A stretch of 64,000 bases of DNA from a virus, in the IMG/VR virus record IMGVR_UViG_3300015371_000005, positions 1 through 64,000 of that record, one strand, 5' to 3'. A program made the translations under genes and the position numbers. Position 1 is the first letter of the stretch; the number at the start of each line of letters is the position of its first letter. This document shows, piece by piece, positions 43,760 through 50,036 of the stretch. A model generated the notes under the pieces. That model was given only the letters and a program-made list of their open reading frames with translations. It made no database searches and was not told where the DNA came from.

Positions 43760-44771
43760 AACCTGATTACATACAGTAATCAGTAGTGCCTACCTGATTT
43801 CCTATGTCATGCAAGTTTCGTGGCGCGTAAGAGACGTACTGGTTTCACCTGAGGCACACTGGTTTACATCCTTGGCCCAGGCCCCCCGATCAACCGGATT
43901 TCGGCGCATGGGTGCCCCCGATTGGCGGGAACTTGATTGACATGAAACCAAATTGATAACAAACCCGATTGTCGTGCGTTGGGCGTTTCAAAATGAGCCG
44001 ATCTGAGGCTCTACTCTGTAATCAGGTTTCATGGAATTTGCAGGGTAATCAGATTCAGGGGTACTAGGACCCGGGTCGCGCGTAAATATCATTTGTTACA
44101 AGCTTCGCCAGCGGGGGCGCGTGCGGGGGAGGGTCTCGTCCTAGGACGCAATCTTGTTTCAGACAATTCCATTGCAGATAGTCTAGTAATTCGATTGTTC
44201 CGTGGTGGTCCCTTCTAGCTAAGGAGGGGTGGAAGGGGGCGGAAGGGGCAGAGGGAGCGGAGGGGGCGGGATCGGCTGGGCAGGGGAGACTCTGAGGGAG
44301 TCCCTACGGGAAGCGGACGGATCGGTGGGGACTGACGAGAGGTACTGGCCTAGCTGGCGCCTGGACGGACGAGGGACTGACCTACCGGCGCCTGGTCACT
44401 GTTCTCCGCGCCAGCCGAACCCGATTGACTGGAAACTAGGTTGTCAGGGGCCATTTGTCTATGAAACCTGATTGTAGAGCGGGGGTAGTTGGGGCTCTCG
44501 TCTCCGTAGTAACTACTGATCTTCCCTCAGGGTGAACTACTGAGATTCATCTAGTAGATTGATCAACCAGATTCTATGGAATGCCTGCAAATGAGCATGT
44601 TTTGGGCCGATTTGGCTTGCAATCAAATAGACCGTGGAAACCCGATTGATACGCCCGATTCAGGTCCTAGGTAAATCAGGTTGAATGAGCGGCAATGTGC
44701 CAAGCAGGGTGACAAATAGTTCGGATGAAACCCCTGCAAATCAGCACATTCGGTGAGTTGTAAATCAGGTT
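43760..44771. repeat. array of at least 10 exact AACCNGATT motifs in both orientations, plus degenerate copies
   Basis: Plus-strand copies start at 43760, 43892, 43962, 44418, 44465, 44565 and 44639. Inverted AATCAGGTT copies start at 44020, 44674 and 44763. About one copy per strand would be expected in the whole window. Confidence 0.8.
44221..44300 (+). repeat. polypurine G-tract cluster (G-quadruplex-capable)
   Basis: At least 8 runs of 3 or more G within 80 nt (AAGGAGGGGTGGAAGGGGGCGGAAGGGGCAGAGGGAGCGGAGGGGGCGGG...). Confidence 0.7.
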
Positions 44772-44789
44772 TGCGGGAAACTACGGATA

Positions 44790-45690
44790 TCGCTGCGGGG
44801 GCCGGGTGCCGTTCAGTGGAGTGCAGCACCGAGGACCACCCGGCAGGCGAAGCGGGTGGGGCGGGAGCATCGCCACGGGAGCCTCACCCATGCCAGCCCT
44901 GCGGCTGGCGCAAGCGAACGGGGGTTGCCCCGGGGCGCGTTGTCACCCTTGCGACGGCGCGCTGGACATACCCGCAAGGGGCGTGCATTCCACCGAACGG
45001 ATGCTCGCGGGACTGGCAAGTGGCGCGAAGGAAGCGTTGCCTGCGCGGTGGGAAACCGGGTTTACTCCCGTTCGGTCTCACGGCGCAGGACCGGGCACAT
45101 ACACTGGCCCGGGAAAGCGACTGATGTGCGGTCACCCAACAGTGCGAATGCATGCATACGCAAGTACGCTGCAAATGGAAACTGCCAACTAGTTTCCCCG
45201 ATCCTGTAGTTCCCGCCGAACGGCCGAGTGTACGCCGGTAAGGCGCGGAAGGGGAGGGTGAGGCGAATGGAAACAAGCGTCAAGTACGCACCAGGGACCT
45301 ATGCACGTATCACCCGGCCACGGTGGGTGGGCGTATGAATGGCGGTCAGTCAAGCGGGTTACCCCCGTGCGGTGAAACCGAACGTGAGCAAGCGTACGCA
45401 ACGCTTGGAAGGATGGCGCAGTAAGCGCAGCGGATGCCCGCTCGTACGGGGGCTAGGAAACCGGGCCGACGCCGGACTGAAATAAGGTTGCGAAGTAACG
45501 CGGTGTACCGTCCAGCGAGGGTTTCCCGCTGTCGATGGGTGACGTGTGAACGCTGTGAGTAAACGGTGAGCACATCCTGCCATGAGTGAGGACAAGCGAG
45601 CGTACGCAATGATCCGGGCAAGTCTCGCGCTAAGAACGCGAGTGTCAATGTGGCTTCAAAACCCGCTTGCCCATTGCCTGACAACACCAC
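44790..45690 (+). ncRNA. candidate large structured non-coding RNA or structured leader (class unknown)
   Basis: No credible ORF. More than 12 hand-paired hairpins with 5-8-bp stems. Recurrent GAAA and RGUAA loops appear only on the plus strand. GTACGC recurs 5 times. The region is co-oriented with the downstream genes. Confidence 0.45.
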
Positions 45691-45706
45691 CCGAAAGGAC
45701 GGCATC

Positions 45707-45847
45707 ATGGCCGCCACCGCACAGAAGACCCCTGCCAAGACCAAGCAGGTTGAGCCGCCCGAGAACGGGCCGGCATACGACGAGATGACCAAGTACGGCA
45801 CCCACGCCTGGGACGAAGCGTTCCTCAACGTCGGGCGCTACAGCTAG
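45707..45847 (+). CDS. hypothetical small protein (46 aa)
   Basis: The ATG is preceded by CTGACAACACCACCC and GAAAGGA. Confidence 0.4.
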   Translation: MAATAQKTPAKTKQVEPPENGPAYDEMTKYGTHAWDEAFLNVGRYS

Positions 45848-45978
45848 CCCCTACGGTCCAGCACCCTGCCCCTTAGAAGCGCGACCACCATTGCGCACAA
45901 CGGCCTGCCGTGAGAACGGCCCGGGTTCGAGATCCCGGAGGGGGCACTAGACCCTGCCACCATACGAAAGGCACCACC

Positions 45979-46098
45979 ATGCTCGCCGTCGTCTTGATTG
46001 TCACGCTGTACCCGCTGTTCCTGTCCATCTTCGTCGGCATTGACAAGCTGACCGGCTGGACGATCGCCGATGCCTTCGGAAAGGATGCCCCGCGATGA
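45979..46098 (+). CDS. hypothetical small membrane protein (39 aa)
   Basis: Hydrophobic segment MLAVVLIVTLYPLFLSIFVGI. The stop overlaps the next ATG. Confidence 0.45.
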   Translation: MLAVVLIVTLYPLFLSIFVGIDKLTGWTIADAFGKDAPR

Positions 46099-46280
46099 CG
46101 TACATGGATGCCCTCACGGGCGCGACTCGAACCAACGCCCCTGTCGTCAAGGTTGCCACCATCGCCGACCGTAGGTCCGGGCAGCGCGTGGCAGCGGCGA
46201 TGGAACGTCGCGACGACGACTCACGAGACTTCCGCACCGTCCGCGCGGTGATGAGCCAGCGCTACGGAGTCTGCGGCTGA
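46095..46280 (+). CDS. hypothetical protein (61 aa)
   Basis: ATGA overlap with the upstream ORF. Confidence 0.5.
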   Translation: MTYMDALTGATRTNAPVVKVATIADRRSGQRVAAAMERRDDDSRDFRTVRAVMSQRYGVCG

Positions 46281-46295
46281 AAGGAGATTGCAACC

Positions 46296-46400
46296 ATGTC
46301 CCCGTACCTCCTGTACCTGCTCCGACGCTATGTCGAGCCGACCGATGACCGCGTTTGGATTGACTGCCATAAGGCCGTCGCCAGCGTGCGCAACTTCTGA
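46296..46400 (+). CDS. hypothetical small protein (34 aa)
   Basis: SD GAAAGGAG 8 nt upstream. Hand-translated as MSPYLLYLLRRYVEPTDDRVWIDCHKAVASVRNF. Confidence 0.4.
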   Translation: MSPYLLYLLRRYVEPTDDRVWIDCHKAVASVRNF

Positions 46401-46411
46401 AGGGAGCCACC

Positions 46412-46513
46412 ATGGCAAAGCATCGCCCCTCGCATACCAACGTCAAGCGCGACGACACCCAGGAGCATCTTTGGGTGACCAAGCTCGCACAGTACGAAGC
46501 TACCCGAAAGTAG
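46412..46513 (+). CDS. hypothetical small protein (33 aa)
   Basis: SD GAAGGGAG. Hand-translated as MAKHRPSHTNVKRDDTQEHLWVTKLAQYEATRK. Confidence 0.4.
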   Translation: MAKHRPSHTNVKRDDTQEHLWVTKLAQYEATRK

Positions 46514-46522
46514 GTTGCCACC

Positions 46523-46702
46523 ATGCTTGGAACATGGCGAACGAAGTCAACCGAACCGATCCAGATGCGCGGGGCAAAGCAAGCCTGCGCGCCGACCGGA
46601 GGCTTTGTCAACCCCGGCATGGTCGCCGGAACCGCATCAAAGCGCAAGCCTCGCAAGGGCGCGCTGAAGGCCAAGACACCCAAGCGTAACCGCCACCGCT
46701 GA
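46523..46702 (+). CDS. hypothetical basic small protein (59 aa)
   Basis: Hand-translated, with a Lys/Arg-rich C-terminus. Confidence 0.4.
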   Translation: MLGTWRTKSTEPIQMRGAKQACAPTGGFVNPGMVAGTASKRKPRKGALKAKTPKRNRHR

Positions 46703-46793
46703 CCCGTGAGGAGAGCTGCCACCAAAGGTGACGGCTGTCCCAACGGCAGCAATCCCGTTGCCGCTGACAACCAAACTCCCATAGGAGGGAACC

Positions 46794-46988
46794 ATGTCGA
46801 GCTTCACCATCCAGCGTCGCACCGCCCCGCGCAAGCCGTGGAAGGCGACCAAGCACACCGTCACCGCCAAGACGGCCAACGACGCGCTGCGTAAGTTCGG
46901 TTGCGCCGAGGCGTTCAAGTCCCCGCGCGTGAAGGTCGCCACGGGCCATCGCACCGGGCGCCAGTACCGGGCGGTCAAGGCCGCTTAG
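46794..46988 (+). CDS. hypothetical basic protein (64 aa)
   Basis: Preceded by CTGACAAC ... AGGAGGG. Confidence 0.55.
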   Translation: MSSFTIQRRTAPRKPWKATKHTVTAKTANDALRKFGCAEAFKSPRVKVATGHRTGRQYRAVKAA

Positions 46989-47003
46989 TACCTCGTCTGG
47001 TCC

Positions 47004-47074
47004 TGGCGTGAAGCGCAAGCCGACAGGAACTTGCAACTAGCTTGCAAGCGCGGGTTCAACTCCCGTCACGCCAA
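47004..47074 (+). ncRNA. tRNA-like element (intact acceptor stem and T arm, no canonical D arm or anticodon loop)
   Basis: 7-bp acceptor TGGCGTG/CACGCCA. T arm GCGGG-TTCAACT-CCCGT with a canonical T-loop. Central 6-bp hairpin with loop ACUAGCU. A GC-GCAA-GC mini-hairpin sits in place of the D arm. Confidence 0.35.
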
Positions 47075-47075
47075 T

Positions 47076-47173
47076 TGAGTTGCAGGCACCACCCGGCCAA
47101 GCTGGGCAGGCGCCGCTAGTCCCTGCGAGAGCGCCCAGCCATGCTCGCAGGGTATGGGAGTGCCTGCAACTCA
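47076..47173 (+). ncRNA. structured element: 14-bp outer stem, 9-bp inner hairpin, possible pseudoknot
   Basis: TGAGTTGCAGGCAC (47076-47089) pairs with GTGCCTGCAACTCA (47160-47173). CCCTGCGAG (47121-47129) pairs with CTCGCAGGG (47144-47152). Loop GCCCAGC (47133-47139) is complementary to GCTGGGC (47101-47107). Confidence 0.5.
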
Positions 47174-47202
47174 CCTTTCCCCCACGCCGAGGAGGCGATG
47201 AA

Positions 47203-47481
47203 ATGACAACCTTCACCGCTCATGAAAGCGCGATGTTTGCGTACGACGCTGCCACCATCGCGACCACCGCTGCCGAGAAGTACGACGGCGAGCGCGCCGA
47301 TAACGTCAAGGCGATTCTGCTTGCCCACGCCGAGCGGCGGATGCAAGATGCGCGACAGTTCTCCGTGCTTGCCACTACGCAGTCGAGCGAGCAGATTCAC
47401 GCCGATCTCACCGAATGGACCGTCGAGCAGCCGGCGCTTGTCGTGGCCGAGCCTGCCCGCAAGGCCCCGTGGACGAGGTGA
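47203..47481 (+). CDS. hypothetical protein
   Basis: 92 aa with SD GAGGAGG. Confidence 0.6.
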   Translation: MTTFTAHESAMFAYDAATIATTAAEKYDGERADNVKAILLAHAERRMQDARQFSVLATTQSSEQIHADLTEWTVEQPALVVAEPARKAPWTR

Positions 47482-47486
47482 CAATC

Positions 47487-47594
47487 ATGTTCGTCGTCAA
47501 GCGCAATGACGGTACGTACTACAACCAGTTCGCCACGCTCAAGCAAGCCAACAGCGTTGTCAAGCTGCTTGGTCCGAACTTCTACGTCGCCTGA
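47487..47594 (+). CDS. hypothetical small protein (35 aa)
   Basis: Hand-translated as MFVVKRNDGTYYNQFATLKQANSVVKLLGPNFYVA, preceded by GTGACAAT. Confidence 0.4.
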   Translation: MFVVKRNDGTYYNQFATLKQANSVVKLLGPNFYVA

Positions 47595-47610
47595 AAGGGG
47601 GCGCTAAACT

Positions 47611-47982
47611 ATGGTCCTGCTTCACAATGACTTCACCGTAGGGCCGTCTGGCGCCCTTCGCAAGGAACGCTCACACAACGGTGGAGCGCGTCCCAACGCC
47701 TACCAGCGACGCTCGAACAAGCGCTATCTGCTGTCGCCCGAGGCTGGCTTCGGTGGCAACGGCTCCGTAGTCCCCTGCGCTCACTGTGGCAAGGAACTTG
47801 ACTTTGCCGCTGTCGAAGCCGATCGCGCGAAGCCGGGCAGCAAGGGTGGCGGTTACCAGCAATGGAACCTCGTTCCCTCCTGCTCGCCGTGCAACAAGCG
47901 TCGCGGTGACAAGTCACTGTGGAGCTTCAATCCTTCGCTCGCGCGTCGCATGGCGCGGCGCAGAAAGGCTACAAATGTCTGA
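47611..47982 (+). CDS. HNH endonuclease
   Basis: CAHCG...GGYQQWNLVPSCSPCNKRRGDK matches an HNH/zinc pattern. Confidence 0.7.
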   Translation: MVLLHNDFTVGPSGALRKERSHNGGARPNAYQRRSNKRYLLSPEAGFGGNGSVVPCAHCGKELDFAAVEADRAKPGSKGGGYQQWNLVPSCSPCNKRRGDKSLWSFNPSLARRMARRRKATNV

Positions 47983-48208
47983 CAATTACCTTACTCACGA
48001 CGACTGCTTGGAAGGCCCGGAAGGCTGCGAGGGCGCAGTCGAGTACCGGATGCCGCTGTCGGGTACGGGCAAGGCTTTCCCGCGCTGTGACAAGCATTGG
48101 GAGCAGCGACTCGACAAGCAGGAAGACATCAATCGGCGCTACCCTGTCAACGCGCCGCAAGACTTCGATCCGTCCTATGCCGGCGAGCATTGGGACGAGG
48201 ACTATTAG
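47975..48208 (+). CDS. hypothetical protein
   Basis: 77 aa from the internal ATG (MSDNYLTHDDCLEGPEGCEG...). Confidence 0.55.
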   Translation: MSDNYLTHDDCLEGPEGCEGAVEYRMPLSGTGKAFPRCDKHWEQRLDKQEDINRRYPVNAPQDFDPSYAGEHWDEDY

Positions 48209-48216
48209 GAGCCAAC

Positions 48217-48447
48217 ATGTCCGAATACCGCGTCCATCAGGCAATCACCATGTATCGCCTTGTCGGGCTGGGTTACAAGCAAATCAACAGCTACAGCGAT
48301 GGCGTCGTGCTGGTCGAGAACGCTTACGGCGTGCGTACGTTCGTGCGTCCCGATGGCACGGTCACGGTTCCGCATACGGCCGTCACCATCGACGCAAAGA
48401 GCGATATCGTCAACGCAGGAATCAGGGTGACAGTAAACGGAGAGTAA
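48217..48447 (+). CDS. hypothetical protein
   Basis: 76 aa with SD AGGAG. Confidence 0.55.
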   Translation: MSEYRVHQAITMYRLVGLGYKQINSYSDGVVLVENAYGVRTFVRPDGTVTVPHTAVTIDAKSDIVNAGIRVTVNGE

Positions 48448-48488
48448 GCATTTTTACCTGCAAACAAGCGATTTCAAGGAGATTCATC

Positions 48489-48665
48489 ATGCTCACCACC
48501 AGCGACGGACGTGTGCCCCGCGAGATCGGCCGCCAGCTCCGCGCCCAGGAGCGCAAGGCCAAGGCGATCAAGCGCGAGCACGAACTCGACATGCGTCGCG
48601 CTGCCAACCTGCGCCGCGCTTCGAGCCTGCCCCTGCCCAAGCTCGGCCCGAGGATCGCGCGATGA
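48489..48665 (+). CDS. hypothetical basic protein
   Basis: 58 aa with SD AAGGAG. Confidence 0.5.
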   Translation: MLTTSDGRVPREIGRQLRAQERKAKAIKREHELDMRRAANLRRASSLPLPKLGPRIAR

Positions 48666-48874
48666 ACACTCGTAACCCGCAGGATATCCGCGAGGGTCAG
48701 GAAGTCGTGTTCCTGTCCAATCCCGCTGCTGGCACGTACTTTGTCACACGAGTTTGGTCCACGGGCAAGGTCGATCTCGTTGTCAGCGAGAACTCTGTCG
48801 TACCCTTCCCTTCAGCCCAAGCGAAGGATCTCGTGCAAGCTGACCACTTCAAGGACGTAGCCTGGAAGGAGTAA
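48662..48874 (+). CDS. hypothetical protein
   Basis: 70 aa. ATGA overlap with the upstream gene. Confidence 0.6.
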   Translation: MNTRNPQDIREGQEVVFLSNPAAGTYFVTRVWSTGKVDLVVSENSVVPFPSAQAKDLVQADHFKDVAWKE

Positions 48875-48876
48875 TC

Positions 48877-49086
48877 ATGCCCAGATACGGACCCACCGAC
48901 GAAGAACTCGACCGCGCAGCCCGCGCTAAGGAACGCTCCAGCGAAGCAATCGACAGCTTCCGTGAGCGCATGGACAAGAATGCCAATCTTGCCGTCGATC
49001 TCAACACAATGATGTTGCTTGAGGCAATCAACGTGCAGACTGAAGTTCTCGTCCAGATTCTCGAACGTCTCGAAAGGATGCGGTAA
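48877..49086 (+). CDS. hypothetical protein
   Basis: 69 aa with SD AAGGAG. Confidence 0.6.
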   Translation: MPRYGPTDEELDRAARAKERSSEAIDSFRERMDKNANLAVDLNTMMLLEAINVQTEVLVQILERLERMR

Positions 49087-49088
49087 AC

Positions 49089-49361
49089 ATGACTGACAAC
49101 ACCATTTATCAAGGATGGCACGAGGATGGCACGATCAAGATAACGGTCAAGCGTAAGGATGCCGAGCACTTCCTTGTCATCCGCGAGGATGGTGTGGATG
49201 AGCCGCTGCAAGCGCTGACCGAAATGTACCGCGCCGATCGTGCATCGCGCCGTGAAATCATCGTCACGTCCGGCTATCTGTACGACAATCAGATACCCAC
49301 AGCCGCATACGAGGCGATGTGGAACGCAATCATCAACGGCAAGGGGCTGAATCATGCCTGA
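49089..49361 (+). CDS. hypothetical protein
   Basis: 90-aa ORF. Confidence 0.6.
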   Translation: MTDNTIYQGWHEDGTIKITVKRKDAEHFLVIREDGVDEPLQALTEMYRADRASRREIIVTSGYLYDNQIPTAAYEAMWNAIINGKGLNHA

Positions 49362-49650
49362 CATCACCACCACCGACTGGGAAGACTATTGCGCCGGCCG
49401 CTCCGAGCCGCGCGAGCGCCCTGCCGAGCCGGGAGACTTCCGCTTTGACATCGGACCCAAGGATGAGGACGGCTATTGTCGCGTTGAGATGATCGACGAC
49501 AAGGGCAATGTCGTTTCCAGCGACTACACAGACAACCCGTATGGCATGGTCGAAGCCTTCCGTGAGTCGCAGGCACACAGCTTCGAGGAGCTTTACGAGC
49601 CCTACGGCATCCGCTGGCAGCAGGAGATGCGAGAGGAGGGACGACTGTAA
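49354..49650 (+). CDS. hypothetical protein
   Basis: 98-aa ORF. Confidence 0.6.
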   Translation: MPDITTTDWEDYCAGRSEPRERPAEPGDFRFDIGPKDEDGYCRVEMIDDKGNVVSSDYTDNPYGMVEAFRESQAHSFEELYEPYGIRWQQEMREEGRL

Positions 49651-50036
49651 TGAGATTCGCAATCTTCGTGCACGATCCCGATGACGATATGGGTTACGGT
49701 CGCATCGTTGGGCCGTTCTACGATGCTCATGCGGCTGACAAGCGTGCCAACGAGATCAACGCAATGGCCGACAACGAGGACATCGCGATTGAAACAATTG
49801 TGTTGCCGATAGTACCAAGCAGCACGTCAAACAAGCGAATCCGCGACGCAATAAGGAGCTATGACGATATGTCAAGCGAGGAAACATACAGGATCGTCCG
49901 CTTCTGTTTCAACGAGAATGACCCTGAGCATCGTATGGTCATCAAGACAGGGCTCACCCTAGAGGAAGCGCAAGAACACTGCCAGCGCGAGGATACGCAC
50001 GGCGAGGGCTGGTTTGACGGCTACCAGCCTGAGTAG
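49650..50036 (+). CDS. hypothetical protein
   Basis: 128 aa. The stop/start overlap is TAATG. Confidence 0.6.
   Translation: MRFAIFVHDPDDDMGYGRIVGPFYDAHAADKRANEINAMADNEDIAIETIVLPIVPSSTSNKRIRDAIRSYDDMSSEETYRIVRFCFNENDPEHRMVIKTGLTLEEAQEHCQREDTHGEGWFDGYQPE

Noticed and set aside
43551-43766. 71-aa plus-strand ORF in the AT-rich repeat patch.
   Set aside because: Its Phe/Ser-rich low-complexity sequence is produced by the TTTCA repeats. There is no SD.
44229-44471. 80-aa GTG-start ORF beginning MEGGGRGRGSGGGGIG.
   Set aside because: It is a translation artefact of the polypurine G-tract. There is no SD and no coding-like composition.
43540-44780. Possible CRISPR array, because of the many short repeats.
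   Set aside because: The repeats are only about 9-11 nt, occur in both orientations, are irregularly spaced and are degenerate. No cas genes are present.
44623-45828. Stack of overlapping ORFs of 68-160 aa on both strands (for example 44753-45124, 44884-45276, 45346-45828).
   Set aside because: They mutually overlap in several frames, lack SDs, and have Arg/Gly/Pro/Cys-rich compositions typical of non-coding GC-rich sequence. The region is better explained as structured RNA.
45847-45946. A possible tRNA or tmRNA 3' end (GGGTTCGAGATCCCGG followed by an acceptor-like AGGGGGCA).
   Set aside because: The T-loop would be 8 nt. The acceptor pairing has a mismatch and a G-U pair. No D arm or anticodon arm can be drawn, and the element is about 100 nt long. 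It is kept only as a structural observation.
46147-46782. 211-aa minus-strand ORF antisense to the micro-ORF cluster.
   Set aside because: It has a shadow-frame composition (Arg/Ser/Gly/Pro/Cys-rich) and no SD. The opposite strand carries several SD-preceded, start/stop-coupled small ORFs.
47040-47075. attP core (a copy of a host tRNA 3' end), implying an integration module.
   Set aside because: No integrase, excisionase or recombinase gene is recognisable anywhere in the window. The 5' acceptor strand is also present, which a simple attP core would not need. This cannot be tested without host sequence.
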